A stretch of DNA of 64,000 bases from Leucoraja erinacea (Eukaryota), in the NCBI RefSeq assembly GCF_028641065.1, contig NC_073380.1, positions 92,504,001-92,568,000 of the forward strand, written 5' to 3'. The translations under genes and the position numbers were made by a program. Numbering within the stretch: the stretch's first letter is position 1; each line of letters opens with the position of its first letter. Below the pieces are notes generated by a model, which was not told where the DNA came from, did not search any database, and saw only the letters and a list, made by a program, of their open reading frames with translations. Below are positions 37,617-49,910 of the stretch, in pieces.

Positions 37617-38222
37617 CATCACAGCGAATGGGGGCTCGGGAAGGCACATCAGAATTCTCCCTATCAAAGCGTGCGTAAAACACATTGAGCTCATCAGGGA
37701 GTGATGTTTCACCGACATTCAAGCTGCCTCCTGGTTTCGCCTTGCAGGAGGTGATTGCATTCAGGTCCCGCCACAGCTGCCGAACATCTGTCTCATCCTC
37801 CAGCTTGGAGCAGAAGTCCCTTTTGGCCTTTTTGATGGCCTTACCAAGGTCGTATCTGGACTTCTTGTAGGCCACTGTATCATCAGACATGAATGCCCGG
37901 TGTCTGGTCTTCAGAAGAGTGCGGATCTCAAAGTTCATCCAAGGCTTCTGATTGCGAAACACTCGGAAGGTTTTTGTGGGGATGCAGTCCTCCACACATT
38001 TCATAATGAAGTCTGTAACGACTGTGGCGTATTCGTTCAAGTCCGTTGCCGAGTCCTTGAACATTGCCCAGTCTACAGACTCCAACCAGTCCTGTAGTTG
38101 ATCCCTCCCCCCCTGACCAGCTCTGTCCTCACCTCTGGGGGTGCGCTCTTTAATTGCTGCCTGTAGGCAGGGAGAAGCAGCACCGCGGTATGGTCGGATT
38201 TACCGAAGTGAGGGCAAGGGCC
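37617..38222 (-). mobile_element. Rex1/Babar internal fragment (endonuclease end and linker)
   Basis: PHFGKSDHTAVLLLPAYRQQLK; VDWAMFKDSATDLNEY..NQKPWMN..LPDELNVFYARF. Confidence 0.85.
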
Positions 38223-39251
38223 ATTATATATACGTGCGATAATCTGATTGAGATCAGTTGTGTTAAACAAAGATAATACAAAGTAAAAGGAGAGTGGAAT
38301 TCAGTTTCACAAATCAAAATGGTTAAGGTCAAAAGCATGGCCTAATTTTGTCATTAGTGTCCTGACCTCCTGACCCTGAGCCTTCCTCATAATAGGCAGG
38401 TTGGCTTGGTGGCCTTCTATGTTTTGGATAGTTAAAAACACAGCTACTCACACACATCTGCTTGGAGTAAATTGGATGTGCCCTGCTGACTGCATTGTTT
38501 CGGAAATGAGCCGAGAGGTATTTGAAGCCAACCTGTGGCTTGGGAGTCACTTCATTGGCATTCCTTGATTGATAAAGTAGACGTTAAAGGAACCAGCTAA
38601 TGAAGTGATGACAAGGACGAATATTTGCGAAGAAATACCTCCCGTGCAGTTGGCCACACAGTTGCCAACTTGGAGAGCCGCACGCACCTAGAAATATTAG
38701 TTCGGTTTCTGATTTTTTTTAAATCTGAGGGTGATTTTGACGGCTGGCATTCAAAGCTGAGTGAATTGCGAATTATGCAATGCATCCCTCTATTGAAAGG
38801 TTCCCTTGAAATTGAAATTTTCATTTTTTAACAAATGGAGGAAATCAGCCAATTTTTTGCCAGAACCAGGGCAAAATTTAAAAGCTGCTCTTGAAAGTAC
38901 TCAAAGTGTCAACTACAATAACTCCTGAGAGATCAACTCCCCCGTATAAGACATTGCGTTATAAGATATTGCGTAATTTCCTTGGGTGTCTACGCCTATT
39001 TAAAAAGCCTGCTAATGAAAACCAGCAAGGAATCATTCTGAAAATTCACAGTAATAGCCTAATGTCAATTACCTGACAATTTCCTTCACAAACTGTGGCC
39101 CAGCAACAAGTAAAAGTGAAACAAGATGCAGAAGTTTTTTGAAGCCCTGGTATTTTTGTTCCCTCTCTCCTCTCTCTCTCTCACTCTCATTGAAATTTAA
39201 AGAGGCTGTAGCTTAGAATTCAGGCTCAGACCACAGTGCAGTGTTGAAGGA

Positions 39252-39616
39252 CCAGTCCCTATGTATATGTCTATGTATATATCGGTCCCAATGTATATAT
39301 CAGTCCCTATGTATATATCAGTCCCTATGTATATATCAGTCCCAGTGTAGATATCAGTCCCTATGTATATATCAGTCCCTATGTATATATCAGTCCCTAT
39401 GTATATATCAGTCCCTATGTATATATCAGTCCCTATGTATATATCAGTCCCTATGTATATATCAGTCCCTATGTATATATATCAGTCCCTATGTATATAT
39501 CAGTCCCTATGTATATATCAGTCCAGTCCCTATGTATGTATATATATCAGTCCCAATGTATACTGTATATTAGTCCCTATGTATATATCAGTCCCTATGT
39601 ATATATCAGTCCCTAT
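39252..39616. repeat. 18-bp minisatellite (cagtccctatgtatatat)n, about 20 units
   Basis: direct inspection; explains the QSLCIY and YISVPM pseudo-ORFs. Confidence 0.95.
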
Positions 39617-39701
39617 GGTCTCTAAACATAGGCCACTAGGGGCGCCGCATGATGGCAGCCTCTGCCTAAAGACCTATGTCAATGTCAAAAATATTATACA
39701 C

Positions 39702-41070
39702 CAGGCCCGTACAAAGCTTTTCAAAAAGAGGGGTGGCATGGCAGGATTACAAAAATTTTATGTGAAATAAGTGCACACAGCGCATATCACAAGCGCGAAG
39801 CTGAAAGACCCTTGCAGCCGGGGTCCAGGGCCTGCTTAAGGCCCCTGGAAGCTCTGGGGTTTTAGATGCTCTGTGGTGCATTCGGAGCCTTATTTTGGAG
39901 GATTTTTGCACCAAATTTATGACCAATATTTCAGAAATAATTTTGGTTCAATCAAGAGTAATGAGTGGTTGTAATGGGATGATTGTGGTCTTTGTTGTAT
40001 ACATTTTTTTAAATCAAGAATTGAAGCTGTCCTTGTTTTAATAATCAAGTTGTACTGTAAAATGTTGTAAAATGCTAAAAGGAGCATGCAAACACTGCAA
40101 ATAAAAACTGTAATTTTTTGCAGTAAATAAAACCTTTTTTTAGAAAATGTTTTGTGTGTTGATTTGATTGCCTGTTACTGTTTGACTGTGTTAGTGTGTG
40201 CACATTAAAAATATGATGCAAAATGAAAGTCGGAAACTATGGTATTCATATTTTTCAGTATTGTTATCAATGAAAATAAAGCAATTCCAATTGTTTGATG
40301 TTATTCATATGGAGGAGAAAATATAATTGCTCTAAAACCTACCTTAATTTTGCAATCTCACTAAAGATATTCCCATTTCCCTCTCCCCTTCTCCTTCCCC
40401 CTCCCTCTACCTCTCTCTCCCTCCCCATCTCTCTCTCTCTCTCTCTCTCCTTCTCCTCTCTCTCTCCCCCTCCCTCTCTCTCTTCCCTCTGTCTCAACCC
40501 CCCCCCTTACCCCCCTCACATCCCTGCTCTCTCTACTACCTCCCTCACCCTCTTTCTCCCTCCCATGCAGCGAGGCTCCGACTCCCCACCGCAAACATTG
40601 CAGCCCCCCCCCCCCCCCCCCAGCCCGGAGAAACGGGCTCTCCTGCAACGCAATATTCCACTACTTACCTGGAGCAGACACGAGGCATCGAGGTGATTGT
40701 GTGGAGTGCAAATGGAGATCTGAACCCGCCCAGGCCCACGCGTGGAGAGACAATGTCATTTTGCGTCGCTACTGTGTCACCGGCTACCTCCAACTGCGCA
40801 GGCGCGGGTGGTTGCAATTTTTTTTCCCCAAAACTTTCCCCAGAACCAGAATTTCAGGTAATTTCCACCAAAGTGGAAACGCTGATAGGGCTCCAATTTT
40901 CTTTTTCTCCGGATTTTTTTTACTCTGGGAAAACAACACCTTGGCCGGAGGCCCCCTAGATTTTGCGGCCCTAGGCTTCAACCTATGAGGCCTCTAGGTA
41001 AATCCAGCCCTGCCTAGATCTTGTGGCCCTAAGCTTAAGATTGTGAAGCTTATATGTAAATCCGGCCCTG
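39702..41070. mobile_element. probable non-autonomous hAT-like DNA element
   Basis: left end caggcccgta; right end gtaaatcc(a/g)gccctg present twice; internal ggggtccaggg..ccctggaagctctggggttttagatgc motif and CT-rich tract 40375-40565; no TSD found. Confidence 0.55.
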
Positions 41071-41330
41071 GTTGCGGCGACTGTGGGGGGGCTCGGGAGG
41101 CCCCGACCACGGGTGAACAACAAAGAACATCAAAGAGCAGGATGACTGAACTTTGGTGCCTTCCCTCACAGTGGGAAACTTTGATTCCACTGTGTGGGGA
41201 TGTTTATGTGGAAAGACTATCGTGTTCTGTGCTCTTTTTTTCATTCGTTGGTTGTATGGTGACCCCAAATTTCACTGTACCAATTGGTGTATGTGACAAT
41301 AAATGTCTCTTGAATCTCTTGAATCTTGAA
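41071..41330 (+). mobile_element. 3' part of the GC-rich Rex1-tailed family (head at 39633-39680)
   Basis: homologous to the reverse complement of 44390-44620; tail tgacaataaa + (tcttgaa)n. Confidence 0.75.
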
Positions 41331-41829
41331 CCTCTTGCTGAAGAGGGTCAGGCGTGGAGAGAGATATCAGCTTGCGGGATGATCAGAATGGAGGACACGG
41401 CTGCAATGGGCCTTTGTGGTCAGCTGCAGCTGGGAGTGTAAAATGGCTCCACAATTGCATCTCTTGCACACAGACTCAGTGGGCTGTATCCACTGGGGGA
41501 TTGTACTTAAGTACGGGGATAGTCTTGCGGGTTTGTATGCAAAAAATTTATTTCACTGAACCTGGTACACATGACAATAAAGAAATCATTGAACCATTGA
41601 ACTCCGCTCCCAAAATTGCAATTAACCGAAGCCACGCAACCAGTGAGTGCTGACAGAAATGAGTTACTATTCTTGCCCACTATGTTTGAGCCAAACATGA
41701 TGCCTAGCTAAACTTGAATTTGAATTATTTTGAATAAAAAGAATAAATTTAAACAAGGACAATGCAAGATTATAGCCAATAGCTAATTTCCATCTTTAGT
41801 TCCTTTGGCAGCAAAAAGAAACAATTATA

Positions 41830-42245
41830 CAAGACACACAAGCAACTCAATTCACACAGACATGCATCACAGTGAGTCTCCTCGTCACTGTGATGGAAGG
41901 CAAAGTCTTGTCTCTCCCCTGCTCTTCATCCTCTCCCGATGTTAAAGCCCCCGGCAGGTGATGGTAAGTCCCACGGCCACTAAGGCCGCGCCGGCGATCT
42001 AAGGCCCTGCTCCGGGTCTTAATGTTGAAGCCCCCGGCGGGCTCTGGCAAGTCCCGCTGCCGTTAAAGCCGCGCCGGGCGATGTCAGGCTCCGCTCCGGG
42101 TCGCCTTCAATCCCAAAACTCGGGCGGGAGAAGCTGCCGCTGCGGGAGCTCCGAAAACGGTCTCCACACCAGGGACCCACAAGCCCCCGATGTCACCGTC
42201 CACCGGGCCTGCAGCTGGAGTCTCCGAAGCCCCGAAGTCTGGTCG
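41830..42245 (-). mobile_element. divergent member of the GC-rich family
   Basis: gactttgccttc followed by hairpin catcacagtga/tcactgtgatg; CpG-rich body with internal repeats. Confidence 0.6.
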
Positions 42246-43221
42246 CACTTATCTCATCTGCCTGCACATGAACCAAATCGCTCTATTCACCGCACTTCCA
42301 TGTGCCTGTGTAATAGCCTCTTAAATGCTACAATCATATCTGACTCCACCACTACCCCAGGCAATGTATTCCAGGCCCCCACCACCCCCTGTGTTAAAAA
42401 AACCTTCCCCACATATCTCCATTAAACTTTCACCCTCTCACCTAATAGCTTTGATTGTTAATCAGATGCAATGTCTTTCCTCCGTTTTCGGTTTCCCTGG
42501 TGTTGCCTGTTACACTTTCTTACAGTTTGGCTTTCTTCCCAACCAATTGTTCAAGCTTTTGATTGCAACATGCGCCTTAATTTAGTTCAACAAAGAAACT
42601 GACAAGTTACTAAAGAACCTTTAGTAACTTTAACCCATTCGTCCATGCCGACCAAGATGCCTCATCCAAGCTAGTCCCATTTCCCTACATTTACCCCATA
42701 TCCCTCTAAATATTTCCTACCCATGCCCGTTCAAGTGTCTTTTAAATGGTGTTATTGTATCTGTCGCAACCACGTCCTCTGGCAGGTTTTTTCCACGCAC
42801 GTATCACCCTCCACGTGAAAGTTTGCCAGCATTGGCTCATTTTATCAAGAGTGGTAACAGCTCATGCTGATAGTTGAGGCATTGTCGGTGGAGTTCTGGA
42901 AACAAAGCAGAGAGTGCAGAAAATCAATGAAGAAAGAGATCACTGCAGCACAAAGGCAAGGCTAGGGCAGCCATTATGATATTATCACGACTAATTTCCA
43001 GTTATTTGTCTATGGAGCCACCTGGTGCTTAAGACTTTGTTTGGTCCTGTATGAAGATGCTTCTCCACATAATTGTATGCTAGAACCCAGAGGATCCCTG
43101 CTGTTATACTGTTAAGAAATGTGTTGTAATGATAGTTGCAATAGTGGACATGATACAGTGTTATTCCTGTTGGTAATAATGTTAATCAACAGCTTAGTCA
43201 TGGTGGTATTAATAAAAGTAT

Positions 43222-43675
43222 TAGAAACATAGAAACATAGAAAATAGGTGCAGGAGTAGGCCATTCGTCCCTTCGAGCCTGCACCACCATTCAATATGAT
43301 CATGGCTGATCATCCAACTCAGTATCCTGTACCTGCCTTCTCCCCATACCCCCTGATACCTTTAGTCACAAGGGCCACATCTAACTCCCTCTTAAATATA
43401 GCCAATGAACTGGCCTCAACTACCTTCTGTGGCAGAGAATTCCACAGATTCACCACTCTCTGTGTGAAAAATGTTTTTCTCATCTCGGTCGTAAAAGACT
43501 TCCCCCTTTTCCTTAAACTGTCCAACCCTTTAAGAATTTTGTAACTTTCTATAAGATCCCGCTCTCAATCTTCTAAATTCTAGCGAGTACAAACCGAGTC
43601 TATCCAGTCTAGATGCAGGAAGATTGTTCCCGATGTTGGGGAAGTCCAGAACAAGGGGGTCACAGTTTAAGGATA
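43222..43675 (-). mobile_element. CR1 3' end with an inverted terminal segment
   Basis: minus-strand CR1 to about 43607, then a plus-strand CR1 piece at 43608-43675. Confidence 0.88.
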
Positions 43676-43747
43676 ATCAGGTTGTAGTCAGGTTAGTAAT
43701 AAGGATAGTCAGGTTGTAGTAATACCAGTTTTGTTAATTGTTTATGT

Positions 43748-44035
43748 GTGGCACAGTGACGCAGTGGTAGAGTTGCTGCCTTACAGCACCAGGGGACAGG
43801 ATTCGATCCTGACTACGGGTACTATCTGTGTGCAGTTTGGACGTTGTCCCTGTGACCACGTGGGTTTTCTACGTGTGCTCCAGTTTCCACCCGCATCCCA
43901 AAGATGTGCTGGTTTGTAGATTAATTGGCTGCTGGGAATTGTCTCTAGTGTATAGGATACAACTAGTGTACAGTTGATCATGGTCAGCAGGGACTCGGTA
44001 GGCCGAAGAGCCTGTTTCCACACTGTACTTCCACA
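43748..44035 (+). mobile_element. HE1-like SINE
   Basis: ggcacagtgacgcagtggtagagttgctgcc..gattcgatcc..ggccgaagagcctgtttcc. Confidence 0.85.
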
Positions 44036-44389
44036 AAACATTTTTTTTAAGCTACCAGTATTACTATCTAGTCTCCTGAGTAATATCAGGGTGCAATAAT
44101 TTAAATTGTAATAATTGCTATATAACCAGGAATTCTAATCAAGGTCTGGGTAAAACCAGAAATTATAATCACTGCAATGGTAGTAATGTTAAATGATAGC
44201 AATATTGGCAATATTAGTAATAATACTGGTTAGTAATATTAGTTCAGATGCAAGTAATACCAGGGAATAATAATAGGTGATGATCTGGTGTTGTGTTATT
44301 AGTTGTGATATTAATTGCAGAATCAGAGATAGTAGTTAGGATACTACTACTCCTGGTAATAATGATAGTTACTGAACTGGTATTGCTAC

Positions 44390-45255
44390 TACAAGATACA
44401 AGATACAAGATAGATTTAATTGTCACGTGTGCCAGATGGCACAGTGAAATGAATTCCCATACAGCCATACAATAAAAATAAACAGGACTCAACACACTAT
44501 AGAATTCAACACAAAACATCCCCACACAGCAGAACCAAAGTTTCCCACTGTGTGGGAAGGCACCAAAGTCAGTCTTCTTCCTCCACTGTTCCCCGTGGTC
44601 AGGGTCTCCCCAAGCCCTCCGCAGTTGCAGCTACGGGCGGCACGATGACCAGGACCGCTCGCCGGGGTGATACAAGTCCGACGTCGGGGCTGCGGGACGT
44701 CCTCAGCGGCGTGGACACCAGAGTCGGCCCCCTCCTACCGGAGTCGGCGGCTTCCAATGTCCGTAGGCCGCGCCGGGTGGAGACTGCTGCTGTAGACCCT
44801 CTGCAATGCGCCTCAGGACTACTCGGTGTTGTTCAGCGCCGCCCGCGTTGGAAGCTCTCCGCACCAGAGCTCCACGATGTTGGAGCAACGGCTCAACGCT
44901 CCGGAGCTCCAAACGGCGACCCAGGTAGGCATCGCCCGCTCCGCGGTGACTCCAGCGCTGCGCCGCCGCTGTACCAGCCCTGGTCCAGTTCCCGGTCCCC
45001 GGCAGGAAAGGCCGCTCCGATCCAGCTGCTAGGCCGTGAGGTAGGGGGCGAGGACGCGACTCGGAGAAATAGTCGCGTCCCCGCCAGGAATAGACTTGAA
45101 GACGGTTTCCCCCCTTACCCTGCCCCCCTCCCCCACATAGAAAAGTAAAAGTTTCCCCCTAAAACAGACTTTAGACTAACTAAAAATAATAAAAAAGATT
45201 GAAATGACATATAGGCTGTAGGTAGAGGCTGCTGCCAGTGCAGCGCCCCTAGTGG
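44390..45255 (-). mobile_element. apparently full-length GC-rich non-autonomous element with a Rex1-type tail
   Basis: head ccactaggggcgc shared with 39633; CpG-rich body; tail gtgacaattaaa + (tatcttg)n. Confidence 0.75.
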
Positions 45256-45469
45256 TAACCCAGTGGTAACTATTCATTTGGATCCTGTCAGGCAGGTTAT
45301 CCACAACCAAGGGTCCCTACCCGAAACTTCACCCATCCATATTTTCCAGAGATGCTGCCTGACCCGCTGAGATACACTAGCACTTTGTGTTATTTTGAGT
45401 AAACAAGCTTCTATAGTTCCTTGTTTCTACTTATCCACAAGCAATGATGTCCCAATTGCACACTGACTC

Positions 45470-45990
45470 CATCATCAGCGTTTTGGAGGAAGCCAACATG
45501 ACCAGCATCACCACCACAATAATGCAGCACCAACTTCGATAGACTGGCCATGTCATCCGCATGTCCAACACACATCTCCCTAAACAAATCCTGTACTCTC
45601 AACTGAAGGAAGGTTGGCGAGCCCCAGGCGGGCCAAAGAAACGCTTCAAGGGGCAACATCAAGAACAGTCTGAAGAAATTCCACATCAGATCGAGCAACT
45701 GGGAGCACATTGCACTGGACCCGCGTTCCTGGAGGAAATCCATGCAGGAAGGAGCTGCACGTCACGAAATGGAACTACGCCATGTCGCAGAGACAAAGCG
45801 ACAGGACCATAATGAGCGAGGGAAGGGGGCTCGATGACTACCAACCCCCACCAGTCTCCACTGCCCACGTTGCACCAAGGTGTGTGGATCATGCATTGCT
45901 CTACAGACATCTGCAGACCCACAAGTAGACGACCCTATGGAGAGGAGAGGACAGTCATACTCGTTTCGAGTGACTGCCGTTGATGAATAA
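45470..45990 (+). mobile_element. degenerate RTE 3' fragment
   Basis: GHVIRMSNTHLPKQILYSQLKEGWRAPGGPKKRFK..HLQTHK. Confidence 0.8.
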
Positions 45991-46479
45991 TCAGCAGTTG
46001 GTTACAGGAAGATAATCAAGGCTGATGATGATCCCGGCTCTGATTAAATGGTCCACAATTGGCTACATCAAAGGGTGTAAATCACATTGCACCCTAATTG
46101 TTATAGAAACACAGAAATAGGCCACTCGGACCCTTTAAAGTTGTCCCATCATTCAATGTGGCCATGGCTGATCTGCCACAAGTCTCACTCCTCTTCTGTG
46201 CTAGTTCTCTAGAGGTCGCCATTCTGTGATTTCAAAACAGATATCTACTCCCCTTTTAAATGCCCCAATGATCTAAAGTCTACAAGCCTCCGGGGTAGAG
46301 AATTCCAGAGATTTACCACCCTTTGTGAGAGGTTGTTTTTACACAAACTGATGCACTACAATGCTGTCTATGGAACTGATGCGCTACATGTTGAGAACTA
46401 TGTTGTGTACCTTTGCGCTCCTTATTGTACTTGAGTTAGACTTGATGGTGTTTCTTGATGGTGTTTATACGTAGTCCAG

Positions 46480-46792
46480 AAGTCCAGAACAAGGGTTCAC
46501 AGTTTAAGGATAAGGGGGAAATCTTTTAGGACCGAGATGAGAAAAACATTTTTCACACACAGAATGGTGAATCTCTGGAATTCTCTGCCACAGAAGGTAG
46601 TTGAGGCCAGTTCATTGGCTATATTTCAGAGGGAGTTAGATGTGGCCCTTGTGGCTAAAGGGATCAGGGGGTATGGAGAGAAGGCAGGTACAGGATACTG
46701 AGTTGGATGATCAGCCATGATCATATTGAATGGCGGTGCAGGCTCGAAGGGCCGAATGGCCTACTCCTGCACCTATTTTCTATATTTCTATG
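46480..46792 (+). mobile_element. CR1 (HER-type) 3' end
   Basis: near-identical to 36750-37068. Confidence 0.92.
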
Positions 46793-48116
46793 TAGTATTA
46801 TCTGAGCTGAGCATGCAAAACAAAGCTTTTAATAGTACTTCAGCACACATGACAATAATAAAACTAAACCTTAACCCTAATTCTCAGATGTAAATGACCG
46901 CCCCTAATCTAAATCTTGCAGCATTTCTCCTCATAAGGTTTCCAATGTAACCCAATGTCATCTTTATCTTCCCTTTATCTGATTCCAGTAATCCACATCT
47001 CTCATCCCACTAACTCACCCTGATTATCTGATGTTACATTTATGAAATGGATCAGATGCCATCGGGTAAACCAATGGGAAAGGAACAGTGGCTTTAAATA
47101 ACAGACTGCCAAATATTCTGTTTGTTTCCTTACCTGCTTGAACTCTGAAACATAAAACCAACAAAAACAATTGAATCTATCAGCAAGATTATGCTGGCGA
47201 GCAAAGAATCAAACCCCTTAAAGATCTGCCATTGGAATATTTATTTTAAGTGTACAAATCAGGAGCCTGCCATTCGCCCACCAGAACTGCGTCCAATTTC
47301 ACTTGAAGCAAACAGCTATCATGCCTGCAGTCCGAAGGAAGACAAAGGCTTTCTCAGGCATGCAATGGAACCCTATCACACGGGGCTCCAAGGAGCGAGC
47401 TCACCTCTCGAGGGAGTTCTTTGGTGGCTTTCCAGCTTCCTAGTGTCCTGTAACCTGAAACTTTGGCATAATGTCTAACTTTCTATGAAAGTGAGGAGTG
47501 AAGGGAGGTTGGGAGGGGGTGGGAGTGATGTGGACAGGCAGTTCTGGGGAGAGCGTTGAAAAACGGAGCCGAATGCTGACAGAGAAGCCAAACAATAAAG
47601 GTCGGAGAGGTTGCCGATAGTTGGATTTCCTGGCTGTATCAGGCCAGAGTGATCTTTCAGCTGAGCAGATGTTATATATCAACCCTAGAATATTGAGGGA
47701 GGAGATGCAATTAACCAAAAGTGCTCAGAAGGGGCATGTTATGCTATGTTCGTGGGACTGGAAAAGGCATTTCTTGATGTGAGTTGTTTTAAAGGAACAA
47801 ATTTGAGGCCTGTACAGCAATCCCTTTGTAGCACAAGCACTTGCTCATTTGAAGAAAACAAATTGTCCATCGTCATTGCTTAAAGATCAGTCTTGTGGCT
47901 GCTAATTTGAAAAGATGCATTGTAGGATCCAAAATAGGTCGAGTCCCTATAACTGCAAACAATGAAGGCCACTGTGAATGGTATACACCTGGTGTTGATG
48001 TCCAACTGGTTGGGCAGCATAGTATTATAAGTAAATTGTTCATCATTCAGTTGACTGGGGCAGTGTTTACATTCAGGGTGCTGAAATTACATTTAACCAC
48101 AGTGGACAACTTAACT

Positions 48117-48366
48117 ATAATAATAATAATAATAATAATAAATTTTATTTGCGGGCGCCTTTCAAAGTCTCAAGGACACCTTACAGAGATTAACAAGAGA
48201 GAAAAAACATATAGTTGGAGTAAAATAAATAATAAGGACATCACCAATACACAAATTAAAGACAGAAATTGCTCCAAAGACAAAAAATCAAAAACACAAT
48301 GTGAAGAGAGAGCAGCGGCAGCTAAAGCGCGCCAGCGTCCACTCTCCCTTCCGACAGCCATCTTGG
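48117..48366 (-). mobile_element. short bipartite element (AAGATGGC head + L2-like tail), copy 2
   Basis: minus strand caagatggctgtcggaagg...gtgtccttgagactttgaaaggcgcc..aaataaaatt(tat)n. Confidence 0.75.
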
Positions 48367-48720
48367 ACACAATCTTGGACACATGGATATTGTCTTCCCA
48401 CTATGAGCACCCAGGGAGAATTGAGGAGCATGTCAAATGGCTGGGCTGTCATTGGATGTGTTCTACCCTGCTACAGTGGTGGAGTGGGAGCAGTTATGAG
48501 TCAGTGTGTGGAAAAAACAAAGTGGCGGAGAACTAAGCAGATCAAGCAGTATATGTGGTGCGAAATGGACAGAGGATGTCATGTCACTGATTGTATGTCA
48601 TGTTGTCACTTGCGGGCGGAGCACCAAGACAAATTCCTTGTGTGTGAATACTTAGCCAATAAACTTATTCATTCATTCATGCATTCATTCATTCATTGAA
48701 TCAGGAAGCTTTCGGTCAGG

Positions 48721-48901
48721 ACGTGTAGGAAGGAACTGCAGATGCTGGTTTAAACCAAAGACAGACACAAAAAGCTGGAGTAACTTAGCAGGACGGGCAG
48801 CATCTCTGGAGACTGAAGGGTCTCGACCCAAAACATCATCCATTCCTTCTCTCCAGAGATGCTGCCTGTCCCGCTGAGTTAGTTCAGCTTTTTGTGTCTA
48901 T
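48721..48901. mobile_element. head-to-head Penelope-type repeat pair
   Basis: minus arm then plus arm ctgaagggtctcgaccc; flanks ctttcggtcagg (48709-20) and ctttaggtcagg (48902-13). Confidence 0.82.
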
Positions 48902-49714
48902 CTTTAGGTCAGGGCCCTGTTTCAGATTGGCCATCTGCAGTGTCCTGGGAATCTATTTTCCTGCTCCACTGCAAAGAGTACTTAATTTCTTAAAGTTCTC
49001 CTCTCTTCAATGGAAGTTCATTGAGGCCTTCTCTCACTGATCCACCTCTGTGATTCCTACTACTCTCCTGCTATCCATTTCCCTCCGCAGATGCTGCCTG
49101 ACCTGTTAAATTCGGCCAGCTCTTTGCTTTTGGTCAACTGTACCAGCATTCACTGTATATTCTGTCCCCGATGAATTGTACAGTTATTACAATTGTGATA
49201 TCATACAAATACGATCGTTTATATATTCTTGCATTTCTTATCTTAAATATTGTTCATGAAATGAGAACCATTTTTTATAATGAAAATGACAACCAGCCAT
49301 CATTTACACAGACCTTTCGCTATGCTTATGAAAAGTTGTTAAATCCAATACAACGTTCTTGGAGCAAGATAAGTCGAGACGGGATTTGAACAAGGTGTTT
49401 TATGGAGATATCTGTTCTCATTAGCAAATGTTCAAAGGCAAGAAGGCACAGATTTAAAATGTTTGATGAAGATCAAAGGAGGATGTGAGGAAAATCTTAT
49501 TTGTACAGCAATGAAATGGTATTTGTTGTTTACTAAGAGTCCCTTTAAATGCCAAACTAATACAAGGTGCACAGAGCTCTTGCCCAGAGTAGGTGAATTA
49601 AAGACCAGAGGGCATAGATTTAAGGTGAAGGGGAAAAGATTTATTAAGAATCTTAGGGGTAACTTCTTCACACAAAGGGTGGTAGGTGTATGGAACAAGC
49701 TGCCATAGGAGGTA

Positions 49715-49910
49715 TTTAAGAAGGAACTGCAGATGCTGGAAAATCGAAGGTACACAAAAAAGCTGGAGAAACTCAGCGGGTGCAGCAGCATCTATGGAGC
49801 GAAGGAAATAGGCAACGTTTCGGGCCGGGTTTTGGCCCGAAACGTTACCTATTTCCTTCGCTCCATGGATGCTGCTGCACCCGCTGAGTTTCCCCAGCTT
49901 TTTTGTGTAC
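49715..49910. mobile_element. head-to-head Penelope-type palindrome inserted in an old CR1 (about 49570-50105, +)
   Basis: 77-bp arms 49750-49826 and 49834-49910; perfect 15-bp TSD ctgccataggaggta (49700-14 and 49911-25). Confidence 0.9.

Noticed and set aside
39633-39645. CTCF site at the head of the GC-rich family (ccactaggggcgc, also 45243-55)
   Set aside because: It is one G short of the core spacing, so it is not called.
39241-39770. QSLCIY / YISVPM repeat proteins
   Set aside because: Translations of an 18-bp minisatellite.
44552-45148. 198-aa ORF
   Set aside because: It lies in a GC-rich interspersed repeat, antisense to its tail, with no recognisable domain.
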